Shown here: piece after piece, positions 12,810-27,184 of the stretch
Layout: each line of letters starts with the position of its first letter
How positions within the stretch are numbered: the stretch's first letter is position 1
Origin: Octopus vulgaris
Taxonomy: Eukaryota
Assembly: GCA_951406725.2 (NCBI GenBank)
Contig: OX597819.1
Location: 133,176,001 to 133,240,000, forward strand
Reading direction: 5' to 3'
DNA: 64,000 nt
Made by a program: the position numbers and the translations under genes
Notes under the pieces: generated by a model
The model's input: only the letters and a program-made list of their open reading frames with translations
What the model was told of the DNA's origin: nothing
Databases searched by the model: none

Positions 12810-13999
12810 TATAAATTTTGCAAAGTACACTTATCATACATATACGTAGCTCTTATCCTATACGAAAAATCTATTTATTGATCTAGTAATTCAGTTAGAC
12901 ATTATTACATAGATGTGATGAAATAAATTGAAACATTTGTCCATAGTTATCTTTGGCTTGAAAAAGAGCAAGTTGTCTTTTCTCTAAACCTGTAAATCAA
13001 CTTCAGGAATGTATTCGGAATTTTGTGAGAATTTCTCATTTCCTCTTTAAGACTCGCCAGTAATTGATGAGGGTGACCTTATTTTGTGGTTGTTGCCGTT
13101 GTTCGGTATCAAATACGTCATGCCTTAATTAAAATATATTTGGCCCGGGTTTTCTACATTACCTAGCATACGAAATCTCCCTTTGCTCTGCTGTTGTGAG
13201 AAATATTCTTCAGTTGACGGACGACGCATCGCTTCAGTCTCGACGCTCTTTTCCTTTCATTATCGGACCAAACGTAACACCCAAGATCGATACTGATGAT
13301 TACATTTAGAATGAGAACGTTCATATTTATATACACATACACACATCGCGCACGCCCAGACACACACAGACACAAACAGAGAGAAAGATCCCCTCCACAC
13401 ACACATTCCCTGTCACGTCTGTGCATCATCGACTAATTTCTTTTCCTTCAACGATAGACACTCAAGTTCATTGATTTGAAATGGTGACACTTGACCCAAG
13501 CATTTACTTTCTTCTAAATCTAAAACTTTGCTTTATATCTACATATAACATATATCTTATAGTATATCTACATAATCCTTCGTATTTATTGTATATTTAT
13601 GTAATCCAACTTGTTTATCGTATGTCGACATAATTAAATTTGTATAACCGTTCTTGTTTATCGTCCACTAAATAACAATTACAAAACATGAAACAACAAA
13701 ATGTTATGTGTAGTTGTACTAAGTTAGAACTCAGTATTAAGAATTTCATTTCATTTTTACTACATTATCCTTTCGTGTGTCTCTAATAGTTTTGTGCAAT
13801 TTCGATTCAGTGATCAGAGGAATTTACGGTCAACCGAAGAGAGACGCATCTATTGTCAACTGAAATAAACACTTTTTTTTATTACAAAGAGATGTAAAAG
13901 AATAGATTTCTTGATGCCGAACGAAAAACAATTTGAAAACAATGAACAAAACAATGACTTCTCAGAATCTTTTATAATTTTCAGCTTTGTTTTCAAATA

Positions 14000-14800
14000 T
14001 TGCGTTTTGGCGCTAATTTACTTTAGGGAAACATTAATGCTTCTTGATATTATTTCCTGTTTCCTTTGTCAATCAATTCCAAGGTCCACAAGGGATCTAT
14101 ATCAATTTAGATAATGAGGCAAGCAAGCTTAGAAACCAATACGATTAAAAGATACAAAAATAATTCAAGGACTTCAAGACCAAACGGACCGACCCTTGTT
14201 GCTGCTACGACACACTTTTCTGAAATCTGATTTCCTAAAATCCGGTCTCATATTAGCGCGAATGGATTCATGACTAGAATCATTACCAAATCTTAATTTA
14301 AAGTCTGCAGATATTTTTATCCCATGTCACAATATTGATTATAGTTCGACCACGGTCTCGGAACGTAATCAGACTTTGAGAACTGATTCTGAATTGAAGA
14401 CATGTAGAGTTATCTCTTTAGAATTTAGATTCTATTTCAATTTAAACACCATGAATAGCAGTTGCGTTGAAAGAAACAAACTTGTCAACTGATGTTTACC
14501 CAAGTCCAATGAATTTCCTAACAAGTTAATTAATGTTAACACCGAACGTTTACTTAAATTAAAGTTATTTAACCATTCTAAACAATCATTCACATAACAC
14601 TGTTGATGGATCAATTGCCATGGACACTGCGGAATGGTTAGCAGCTCTCTTAATAAGAATAATACACAGCTTTTTAAACATTTGGTTCCAGAGCCCTGAA
14701 AGTACAGGAGGGCTGACCCTGAGTAATAGAGTTCAATAACCGCCTGTAATCATCTAAGAACATAATTTCAAAGGTAGAGAAGACCATTTTCTTTTCCTCC
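14000..14800 (-). mobile_element. Possible highly decayed LINE 3' region (L1/Tx1-like)
   Basis: Only weak coding-like remnants (e.g. RSETVV) among many stops. No diagnostic motif. Confidence 0.25.
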
Positions 14801-14886
14801 TTGAATAAGCAGAAGAAAAATAAAATAATTGGTTGTTTTATCGGACACTCTTTGTAGTTTATTGTTCTATTGAATGAAAGTACTTT

Positions 14887-16982
14887 TATTGTTTTATTTG
14901 GGGATGGTCATATTGTTGCCAGTCAACCACGTGTTCTGTATAGTTGGCCTTCATTTTAGTTTTAATATCCTTCTTATTTTAGTGTCCATTGTTTTCCGTC
15001 ACACATTTCTAGTGACCTCTTCAGCGAATCTCCACCCCACGTGTCTTCTCCTCTTCTGTTTCGTCCAGTTTCTGGTCTGTATCATTGTCTGCTCGTGTGT
15101 TTGCGTCTGGATCTGTGAGTGTGCGCGCGCGTGTGTGCTCAGTATGTGTTTTGTGTTCTTGTACATAGGTTTCCTTACTACACTGTTTGTACCCGTAGTT
15201 TTTATTTAGTTTTTTTATTTGTTTATTTACTTATTAATCTATTTATATTCTCGTCTTTAGTATGTGCATGTGTGTCTTGTGTGAGTATATAGCTTTTTGT
15301 ATTATACCGCTTGTATCTGTGTCTCTTTTCCTTCTCTCATTCTGTCTTTTGCCGTCAGGTTGCATTGTGTTATGGAGTGGACAAGTATTATTATTCCGGT
15401 CATGTTTTCTGTTGAGACTCGTGCTGTCTATTACTATGTGCGCGGCCTCTATAATCTAAAGATCCTGAGTATTTCATGTGTTGCTAAGAACTTAACATCT
15501 ATGTTTATTGACCGAGCCTGTATGTTCTAATTGCACTGACAAGCTTTTTTTCTTTTCTTGAGCTCCCGCCAGTTTTCACCTATTCGCTCCTCGATGCTAT
15601 GTGCTGTCTCCCCAATACAATATTGTTCTTTTTCTCATCACCCCTTAGTACACCGTATAGTATAGACTACATTCCTAATCTTACAGTTTACCTGCGGATT
15701 CATCTTACATACTATACAGTTGTTATCCCTATGTGGGACCTTTCAAACGGAAATGTTCTACAGATCAAAGATGTATGGGAGTCCTTGGCCTTTCTACTAC
15801 TTTAATCCGTAGAATCAACTTATCTAAGGGTTTCCTTAAAAGATATGTTAGATCGCCGCCAAGATAAGCATCAACGAACATGAAGCTGTGGTATTTTTGG
15901 TTGCCATGCCATGAGTTGGCTTTATCTATCTTCATCTCGGCTGTTTCTATGCTATTCCAAGATTTACTTCGGTATGGCGTGCAGATCCTATTTCCACCAT
16001 TCTCTCGGATGGCATTGTACTTAGCCTTGGCTCCTTTGTACACTCTGATTCGGTCCCTTTGATTGTAGCCAGAGGATTGCATACGGTCAATGAAGAGTTG
16101 TACATGTCTTTCTAATTCCGTTGTGTCGCACATGCCGGACACATTTCTCATCACTTTTACCAAGTCCGCTATCAAAATATTGAACTTGATGTTGTCCGCA
16201 TTAACTACATTCATGTGGACCAGATATTTAGAAGCCATAAGATTCACATAGTAGTAACGAAGGATGTGAACCTTATTCCTATTTTCCAGTCAAAGTTCTA
16301 TGTCTAAGACCGATAATCTATAATTATGATGCTTGCAAGAGTAATCTATGTTAATTTAATACTCTGGCGGATAGAGTTAGATATTTGCTGGATGTTCTCC
16401 ATGGTGCTAGCTTCTAGTTTATGGACACTGTCTCGTAGGAGTACTTTTGCTACTAAGTTGATATCATCCACATAGCAGGAGTACATGGTTAAGGTTGCAG
16501 AGCTCTCTGCTAATCGTTCTTTGTGTCCCCCACCCACCTTGCCATAAACAGTTTACTCACTTCACCAGCGATACTCACACTGATGACTGCACCTTCTTGG
16601 GCGTATATCTTGTCACTAAACTTGAACATGTGGTCCTTTAGTTATGACCTTGGTACACACACCTGCCGCATGTGAAACTATTTTTCTCACCTGGTCGTCG
16701 TTTTCGGATGTCCGTAAGGTTCTGGTCTAACCGTTTCATCTCTCCCTAGGGGCCTTCTTGACCATTGTGGTTACAGTAGTGGGTATCCCTCTTATCTACT
16801 GGGGTGGTAACAGCTAAGGTCGTGTTTTTTCTTGTCCCAGTAGACCAGTAAGAGAGAGAACTCTTATTAATTTTAGACAAAGAGCACTAAAATAAGAATA
16901 GTAATAAAAGTGAAGTGAAAGTCAGGTGTACAGCGCGTGTGGTTAATTTGCAAAAATATGACCATCTCCAAATATGACAATA
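14887..16982 (-). mobile_element. Penelope-like retroelement relic: RT + GIY-YIG, 3' pLTR and an inverted partial pLTR at the 5' end
   Basis: Minus-strand peptides: EGAVISVSIAGEVSKLFMARW; YSCYVDDINL (RT YxDD); MASKYLVHMN...KFNILIADLVKVMRN...MQSSGY (PLE thumb); NVVYTIRC...GETAHSIEERIGE (GIY-YIG, ~15565-15677). 14887-14984 is the reverse complement of 16885-16982. A degenerate CTGAAGA-gGTCAC...GTGACg-GAAA motif lies at ~14990-15024. Confidence 0.85.
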
Positions 16983-17049
16983 CCTGTTTCAACACACAAC
17001 TTCACAACAGGAATCTTGCAAAACAAACACATAAACGTAAAGTGCTTAT

Positions 17050-19420
17050 ACTTGTATCCTAAATTCTTTAATAAAAGCAACTTGGATCTTGAGAATTTTG
17101 GGTGATTAACTCTTGCACAACAGTGGAACAAAGACTTCTCGAGCAGAAAAAATTAATCATGAAAAATGCAAAAGATCTCCACAACTGTGAAATATGTAAA
17201 ACATGTCTATGTAGAGGAAAGTAAGCAAAAACATAGAAAAAATACAGGGCAGACGAAAAGAAATTTTACTTTGTGGAAAGAAAGAATGTTGTACAGGAGG
17301 AAATGTGCTTACTACAAAGGTCTGAGACAGGAAATAGTGAAAGAAGAAGTCTGCTAGTCTTGTGAGGAATCGAAAGAGGAAAACTTCGTAAAATTGTAAA
17401 AAAAAAGGTTGACGGGATGTTACCAAAGATCTGTTTGGAAAATATAACAGATTTAAACGACCTCAAATAGTGCTCAACAATTGTTGCTGCGGAAATTCTT
17501 CGGGTTATAATTCAAGGAAAATCAGGGGACACAGTCTCTTGATAGGAAAGAAGATTTGAGATCTAAGTTGAACAGCTCAATAGGGATCTTGGAAGGATAA
17601 ATGCAACCATAGAAAAAGTAAATGATGATGGAAAAATTTAGGAAGTAACGGCAAAGAAAGCACAACATTAGACACAAATGATTACAGTTAGATAAGAAAG
17701 AGGTAAGTTTTAAAAAATGGTCAAAGCAACCAGCTGAACAATGAGGGTGAATATCAAAAGAATGATGTGCCAGATGAAGAGGAATATCAGGGAATTGATG
17801 TACCAAATCCTGAAGAAAGAAGGAACTTTAGGTCAGAAACTGGAGCAAAAAAGTTGAACATAATAAGAAAGTGGACCGGTTATGGATATTTAAAACGGAA
17901 ATGGAAGATGATGCGAAGCAAGGAAATATAAATAATGCAGATGAGAAAGTGAAAGAAAAGCTTAAGAAAATACCAAGTTAGAACGTCTTCAGACTAGATG
18001 GATTTCTGGAATTCTGGCTGAAGAATCTTTCACTTAGACACAAGCATTTACAACCGTTTCTTATAGCCTGTAAAGAAAATGGAAAACCTAGATATACGAT
18101 AAAAGAAAAGGCAGTGCTCACAGAGTAACACAAAGAGAGAGACGGACAAAAGAGAGGTGGGAGTCAGTAGTTATAGATCTGCTCACAATTACCCTGGAAA
18201 TCATTATCTGGCCTCTTGGCAGCTGAAATATTTAACTTCTGAAGAAGGAGAATCTATTACCAAAAGAGCTTAATGGATGCAGAAAGAAGTGAAGGGGGAC
18301 TGCGGATCTGCTGATATTAAACGAGGTACGAATAAGAAAAAAGAATTTTACTGTTGGTTGGACAAACTACAAGAAAGCTCATGACACTGTTCCACAGTCG
18401 GCTGTTGGTGTATCCGAGGAGGCTCGGAATCAAGAAGAAGTTAAACAGCTTTTTGGCAAAAGTAATCAAAGCGAGGAAAGTATAACCGACATGTGAAAAT
18501 AAATCATTCGGAAAGGTGAAATTACCGGAATATTTCATGGGGAATCGCTCTCTCGTCGTCATTGCATTCTTTTGACAAGTAAAGTGAGGAAATCTTGGCC
18601 TCCCCAAGAGTTCCACAAAACTAAGATTAAAAAATAACTGGTCTGTTGTATATGGAGGACCTCAAACTGTAAAGAAAATGTGTAACCCCCCCCCCCCCGG
18701 ATTCCCTAATCCAGATGATGCGTGAATTCAGTAAGGAGATTGGAATGCAGTTTGGGGGTAAATAAGAGCGTAGTTTGAATTATGAAAAGAGGTCGAAAGA
18801 TAAACTCTGATGGTATAAAATTACCACGAGATGATATCATTCGATTGCTGAGAAATAGTGGTTTCAAAGTTTGGCACAAGGCCATCAATTTGGGGGGTGG
18901 GGTTAGACAATTACATTGACCCAGGTGCACAACTCGTACTTATGTTATCGACCCCGAAAGAATAAAAGGTAAAGTTGATCTCGGACGAATTTGGAGTCAG
19001 AACATAAGGACGGAGGGAATTGGCGTTTTACCGATTCTACCAATTCGTCGCCTTTGCTGAAAAATAAAGATTTCTGCAAGACGTGATAATGGAAGGAGAA
19101 ATGAGAGAAAAATCTCCAATACATGTTCGAAACCAAATTAAATGCAGGGAATATTATAAAAGCAATAAGGTCTCTGCCAGTAATAAGATAGTCTGTGCCC
19201 TTTCTAGAATGAGCCAAGATGGCGCTACAGATGTTAGATGGAAGAACTAGTAAGGAAGCTTCTCACAATGCACAACACTGCATATTACCCAAAAAGTAAT
19301 AACGACAAACTTTATTTACTTAGAAAGGAAGGAAGCTGACGATTACTAAATGCAGGCGACACCGCTCTTACTGCCATGTTGGAATTGAAAATTATTTTGT
19401 GAGTAGCGAAGATATGGATA
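17050..19420 (+). mobile_element. R4/Dong-clade non-LTR retrotransposon, RT region, heavily decayed
   Basis: Frame-broken motifs: VGWTNYKKAHDTVPQS (cf. MAWIDYKKAYDSVPHS), GIFHGESLS (GIFQGDSLS), LLYMEDLKL (LLYMDDLKL), FSKEIGMQFG, KLNAGNIIKAI, YPKSNNDKLYLLRKEG. Confidence 0.85.
18862..19052 (-). mobile_element. SINE family A copy inserted into the R4/Dong LINE
   Basis: TTCAAAGTTTGGCACAAGGCC...TTATCGACCCCGAAAGAATAAAAGGTAAAGTTGATCTCGG...ATTCTACCAATTCGTCGCC. The LINE peptide continues on both sides. Confidence 0.8.
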
Positions 19421-20005
19421 ACTAAGACGCGATGCGGGAAAAATTCTATTTTAAAAGTACCAATTCCAACAAAACTATTGTTACTAAACTTTACTGATTG
19501 CTTCTTTCTTTTGTAATGTAATTTGATACATTCTTTCTCTGGTTTTCTTGAGGTTCTATGTGTTTCGTAAATATCTGTAAAAATACACTCAGACCTTGTA
19601 ATTCTCTGAAAAGTTCTTTTACAACAGCAATCGTTGTATCAGCCGTGGAATTGTGTAGCTATCTATGCCTAACAGCTCCGAAGACAAACGCCACGGAAAT
19701 GCTAGTTTAAAATAAGGTAATGGCCAGCTCTTACCTCGGTTATTGATTTGCTAGAGTCTGTTTGATTTTAGAGATAGACAGATTATAGCCAATATGTTAT
19801 GTGATTAGGAATTACATCTACTTAACATTCCGAACTGTTTGCTTAACTTTCCACCGAAGTAATTAACTAAAGTAGACCATTTTCAGAAACATTATCTCGG
19901 TCAAATACTTAAAATATCGAATGGTATAAAGTAAAATTTTCTTTTAAGAACTAATAATCGATTTTCCGTCTCCAGTCTCTCCTTCTTTTTATTGCTTCCC
20001 TATTC

Positions 20006-20041
<36 letters not shown>

Positions 20042-20299
20042 GAAGCGTCTACAATGGAAATTTACACTGACAGGGCTAGTAGAGTCATAAAGCAATTGAC
20101 TCCACTCAATTTGACGGCTACTTATTGCTGGCCTAATAGCGAGGCGACAGCAGCGCCATCTGTTGCTGGATCGATGTTTCTATTAAAGTATTTCTTACCA
20201 ATCTCACACAGAAGTGGACTGAGAGAACGGTAATCCTGAAATCTCAGGCTAAAGTAGTGAACATTTACATCGGTCAGAGATTCTTTCTGAACAACGTCT

Positions 20300-21150
20300 C
20301 TTATTTCGATTTCCATATATCTCCGTATATCTCAGCTCTTGTTATTGCCTTTTGAGGGCCCTCCAGATTTAAAGGCTGTCAAGGCTGAAGACATTCCATG
20401 CCTGGAACAATGGGTTCAGCCTTCAGAAAGTGTCCCCCCTCTGTCACAAACTTGTGGCCTGTGTCGTCGTTGAGGGTGGATTGTGACACTCTTGGTACCC
20501 CTATACCCTGCACTAAAGAGTAATCTATCTCTGAAATTTGGCCCATCCAATTCGGTTTATGCAATTTCCTTCTGGAAAAAACCTAGTCGGTACATTTCAA
20601 TATTTGGAAACGCCTGAACAGGATTCTGAGGCTTTAAAACCGATTCCTCATAAGATATTCTAAGACGATTTTAATGTATATCGAAGACGCCAACCCGTCG
20701 TTCAGTAATGTATAATCTATGACTCATCTAAACCCACTTCGTCAAGGTCTTACTTTTATTGGCCCTTTTCATTCCATCGGCCATTGCAATTTGGAAGTGA
20801 CTGATGTTCTCTAAGAAAACTTTCAAAGTGTTTCCAGAGACTTTTCATCTTGTTCTCTCTTGAAGTATATTACGCGGAACACGTGTGATGTGTTCTTAAG
20901 ACATTTCCTTTTTCTAAGTCCGCGTTACGTTTGCTGTCCTCCATCAACTCGGTTTCCTTCTTTCGTAGTTAAGATGCAGTTTAGGTATGCGTTTGTATTG
21001 TTGTTGACTGCCTGTTACCTGTTGCTGTTTTAGTTGTTGTAGCTATCGCTGTGTAGTATTTGTTGTGTTTGTTGTTACTGTTTTTGATACGGCTGATTTT
21101 TCATGTTTTGTTGCTAGCCTTTTTCTGCAGACTCTACTTATCCTGCGCTA
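20300..21150 (-). mobile_element. Possible decayed LINE ORF1 (gag-like) fragment
   Basis: NWMGQISEID...GHKFVTEGGHFLKA could be a degenerate CCHC knuckle, preceded by a low-complexity (CAA/CAG)-rich stretch. Weak. Confidence 0.3.
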
Positions 21151-21269
21151 ATCATTGCGGTAGATAAAATTGGGATCTCGAAGGTGTTTGCAGACTTCGA
21201 CAGATTTTACAGTTCCATCTGGCTATTAGTTATATCAGGCGAAAGGTTAATTTTGGAAAAATTAAAAAG

Positions 21270-22010
21270 TTAATGAGGAGGAGCGACCTGAAGATAGTGA
21301 CAGAAGCACTCATATGCGCAGCTCAGGAACAAGAGTTAAGGACCAATTATATGAAGTGCAGAATTGATAACACTACTGAGAGCGACAAATGCAGCATCTG
21401 TGGTGAGATGGGTGAAACGATACGGCACAACGCGAACACAAACGTTGCCATGACAATGTGACAAGAATGATCCATTGGGAGCTTTGTGGAAATCGCGGCC
21501 TAGAAAGGGCAGACACGTGGTAAGAATAAGCCCCTGGAGGAATCACCGAAAATGAGAATTGTCAAATCCTGTGGAATGTAATGATCCATTGCGATCACCT
21601 GACTAGACATCGGAAACCGGACATTGTTGTGGCGAATAAAAAAGAAAGAACGTTTGATAATCGACACAGCATGCCCCCCGGGGACAACAGGATCAATGGG
21701 AAAGAAGAAGAAAAAATAAACAATTTGAAGTGGGAAATGAGAAGGTTGCGGTCAATAAAGAGAGTCGACGTGATGCCAATAGTAATTGGTGCAGTTGGAA
21801 GTATCAGCACTCAAGTATCAACATGTCCGAAAAAGATCGGTGCAAGTGTAAAGGTAGAACACCTACAAAAGTCAGCATTGCTTGGAACTGCAAGAATTGT
21901 TGGCAGGGTTCTTGAAGCATGACCGGTAAAAAAGTGTCACCTTAGTCTGCTGGCTGCGGACAGCTGACACTTTCCATCTTACCCAGAAAAATAAACTGTT
22001 TTCATATGAT
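21270..22010 (+). mobile_element. R4/Dong LINE 3' end: zinc knuckle, restriction-like endonuclease and 3' UTR
   Basis: TEALICAAQEQELRTNY...DKCSICGEMGETIRH; RHRKPDIVV (PD motif); KEEEKI; VMPIVIGAVG; LQKSALLGTARI. It ends directly in (TAC)n(TAA)n, as expected for the microsatellite-targeting Dong clade. Confidence 0.92.
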
Positions 22011-22012
22011 AT

Positions 22013-22050
<38 letters not shown>

Positions 22051-22072
22051 TTACTACTACTACTACTACTAC

Positions 22073-22112
<40 letters not shown>
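22011..22112. repeat. (TAC)n(TAA)n tail or target microsatellite
   Basis: Direct reading. Confidence 0.95.
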
Positions 22113-23199
22113 TACAGTAAGCTGACCTATTTAATTTTCATGGTAAACTACGCAGTATTCCTTGTTCAAACAGAACATCCACTTTAAGTGGAAGATAAAC
22201 AAATACCATTGAGGGACGCTTGGCTCAACTTCGACACCAAATACATTCTCCACGTAATATTTATGTAATAATCGAGACTGCTTATACAACATATATTCTG
22301 CAAATATCCTCAATATAACACAGCAATATATATTTTTTTTTTCTAGTGTATTATCATCTCATAACACAGCTCAGAGAGATTCATAATGGCGGTCTGACAT
22401 TCTAACATCCACATTTCACACGATTCAGGTTCTACATTTCGCCAACCATTAACATTTACACAACCTACTCACCACGTATTCAACACAGTCACTGGTCGAT
22501 ACAATAAGAAACACAACTATACAGCCAACGAAATAGCGACTCGTATTTCACTTATTCAACATAACAGATGAAACGCTAAAATAATACTAGAAACGAAACA
22601 AAACCAAAAAAATCGAAATCTGAAAACAAAGCAAATTGGTGTAAGCCAAACAGAATCCGACGCTTCTCGAGAGACGACTCTGTACAGATGACTGTCGCAG
22701 GTTGGCTGACAGTAAGGTTGTCTAAACAGGGGAGCGAGATTATCGGAATAATTGGTTGTAGGATATAAATAGAGAGGCCTTTCCAGTTAAGTATGTTTAC
22801 GTTCTGGTTTCAAATACTACTGAGATCAACTTTGTTTTTTCTATCTCAATAAAAAGAGTAGCAGACCGATTTAAAACCACAGTGCCGGCCTTCTCTACCT
22901 GTAGCAGACTCGCCCTTGTAACCAGCATTCGAATTACAGTTCAGGACTGAAGATAGGTCGTGAAGAGAGACTGAAAGGGCCACTGACCTAGATTGATAAA
23001 GGATTGAATTAATACAAATATATTGATAGGTTATACATTAAATGTATCACCCGAATCAATTGTGATCTGACGCCTAGATTAGTAGTGGCAAACGGCTTGC
23101 ATGGGCGTTTTTATCTGTGCTTCACTTAAAAGCATCAAAACTATATAAATAAAAATATATTAAAAAAGGCTACAGTTAGGAAAATTATAAGAGAAAAAA

Positions 23200-23700
23200 A
23201 AACTTCTTCAGTAACATGATTCAATTATGAAGGATGAAGGGTCGCAGCAACAAAGGAATGGAACCTGGTTCATGTTTTTATAGGGAACAAATATAATTTC
23301 TTTCAGTATTTCGTCTCTTGAATCAATAAAAAAATACCATAGTACAAAAGCTTGTTCTATTAAAGCATAGAACAATGGCAGGGTTTGGCGGATAATGTGA
23401 GGAAACGTCGCAGAGAAGGTAAACGGGAGGATGTATATTAGATATAAATAGAAGAGTTCTATAAAAAGATAAATATAAATATCTGTCATTTTAAATATAA
23501 TCACGTTCGGAAAGTGTTTTTGGCTTTTTGTTGAGATGTTGTTGCAGAATAGTGTGAATAAGTGTTAATCGGAATCTAGGTAGTTTATAATGATAATTGG
23601 GAAAGAAAGGAAAAGTGAAAGAAAAAACTGTGAATTCTTATTAGAATTCTTTCCACGTAAAGTGACGTGGTGAACAGTGTATTAGAATAATTATGAAAAG
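23200..23700 (-). mobile_element. Possible PLE endonuclease C-terminal relic
   Basis: Minus-strand remnants KTLSER and FIDSRDEIL resemble the PLE tail motifs T.LS..I and LLN.R.EI. Weak. Confidence 0.3.
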
Positions 23701-23774
23701 ACCACAATGTAAAATTTCATCTGCCTACATATGAATACACATGCGCACACACACTCGTAGACACATACGTATTT

Positions 23775-24535
<761 letters not shown>

Positions 24536-25286
24536 TTTGAATACTGGTATATATTTTTTATTAATATATTTCGCTCTGTATCTACTTTTCCCTCGTTTCC
24601 ATAGCGACCTAACACGTGAATTGACGTCGTCTTTCTCATCCTGTCTTACTGCATGTTAAGCGAATGTGTATGCGTTATCACATTATTTCTTTATTAGACT
24701 TTGCTGAATCAAATAGCTCACGGATATAATCACTTTACTATTGATGTTAAAACATAAGGTACACATTCACACGCCTATGCGTTAGGATAAACACGCATAC
24801 ACGCATAAGAGAATAATTATACGCAGAGTCACAGCAAAAGCAAGTACACATGCACACACACACACACACACACACTGTCATGCATATGTGAGAAATAATA
24901 GAACGGAATAACATGCAGTAGACATTGTTGATGCAGTATCGTCTATTATAAAGTTGCTAAAAGGAAAAAAAATAGGCATTAATGATACAGAATTCAGAAT
25001 ATAGAATCATTGCAGCGATTTATGCTATGGAATATATTCCACAAATAATGGTAACATGAATATAGTCGGTGAAAGAGCTGCAAGAGATGCTGTAACCACG
25101 AATACGATATCAGCGACAGCTCTACTCTGTAATACTTCTTCCTCATTCAATATTATCGACAAAAAGAACGCTATTTATCAACAGTAACACTGGATCTGCT
25201 ATTCTATGCCCACCTCTAACAAAATAGGAACGAGAACAACATACATTGTCACGACTATAATATCATCACCGCTAACAATCAAGACA

Positions 25287-25287
<1 letters not shown>

Positions 25288-25318
<31 letters not shown>

Positions 25319-25323
25319 TAATA

Positions 25324-25368
<45 letters not shown>

Positions 25369-25386
25369 GTAATAATAATAATAATA

Positions 25387-25440
<54 letters not shown>

Positions 25441-25562
25441 GTAATAATAATAATAATAATAGTAATAATAATAATAATAATGATAATAATGATAATAATA
25501 ATAATAATGATAATAATAATAATAATGATAATAATAATAATAATGATAATAATGATAATAAC

Positions 25563-25608
<46 letters not shown>

Positions 25609-25638
25609 GTAATAGTAATAACAACAACAACATCAACA
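25288..25638. repeat. (AAT)n trinucleotide microsatellite with AGT/GAT/AAC variants
   Basis: Direct reading. Confidence 0.97.
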
Positions 25639-27126
25639 ATAGTCTTTTCTTTGTCAACGACAAAGGCTCGGAAAGATACAAAGTATAGGAAACTTCAACC
25701 AGGGGATAAAAAGGAAGAAAAGATAAGGTGGAGAGTCGGAAACTAAAACAGGTGTAGAAATAAGAATGAAGAAGAAAGAGACAGTATGCCATATATGGAA
25801 GTATGTGTGAAAAGTTTTAAAAGTCCTCGCATCCATACACGCATGTAAATAGATAGACACACACACACGGTGGTGTCTCATGTGGTAAACGACAAATGAA
25901 GGGTCCATATGCAAGAACTCAAGATCGAATCGAGTCACTGGCTTATTGAACGACCAGCACAGATGATTTGTTTATTGAGATCAAATGTTTGTGCTCTCCA
26001 AATAGATCCCTCCCTCCGTCAAACGGACACTTTCTGTACAGGTGTCCGATGAGGCGCGCGGACAGACAGCACAGAGATTGCAGTCCAAATTAAGAATATT
26101 TCACTTGGGTTACCTTACTAGTCTTTGCCCCCACAATAGTACGGCATCGATGACAACGGACCGGTCCGGCTATAAGGACAGGGTTTCGAAGGCAAGAATT
26201 TTCCTTCTCTTTCATAGGGCCTGATTTCTCGGGAAGAGGCACATGTTACCAATAGCGCTGAAGAGCAGCCAGACATAGCACGCACGCACACACACTCACA
26301 CACACACGCACGCACATACATACATACACACACACACACCCATGTACATACATATACACTTATACCTCAACACATACACACATACATACACATATGTATA
26401 CATATATTTACATATATGCAAGAAAGTAATTTAGAAAGTACAATAAAAAACAACATAGAAAACATATTTAAAATAAATGAAAGAAGAAAGCTTACTGGTC
26501 AGGTTCATTGAAAGCACTTTACGACTTTACTCACTTCAACGAAATGCACCAGAGATCATATTTGGAAACATTTCATGTCGGAATACATCAACAATTTCAG
26601 GACTCTCTCATTCATTTCAGTGTAATTTATTATTTTAAATTTTACTAACTGCTTATTGCTTTTGTATTATATTTTCTCTTTTGTGTGATTATAATATCTT
26701 CAGAATATTCTGGTGTCTATTAACTTTTTGTTTGACATTCGAAGAACAGCGAGTCTTAGCTCTTCTCTACTCTTTTCCCTGTTTGAACATGTCGGTGGAG
26801 AGCTTCGTCATAAAATGAATCAATATTGAGCTGCAGGTTGTAAGCTGGCGAATGAATAGCAGCGATGCTGCACCTTTTAACAATAATCTTCTAAAGAAAT
26901 CTAGACGATAACTTGGTATGGAATTCTGTTCCCCTGTAATGAATATAAGCTACACATCTAAGTACGCCTATAAATTACATAACTAAACTTTCGTGTAGAT
27001 GAGAAGTTCCATTCATGCAGAGAGGGAAGCTGTGCAATACGATAAAACCGACGATAAAATGCGGCGAATTTCTGTGTACAGAATGTATGGGAAGTCTCTC
27101 ACAATTTAACCGGAGAGTAGCAAAGT

Positions 27127-27173
<47 letters not shown>

Positions 27174-27184
27174 TGCATGTATAC

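Noticed and set aside
25199-25792. Poly-Asn/Leu/Ile ORFs
   Set aside because: (AAT)n microsatellite with no flanking coding signal.
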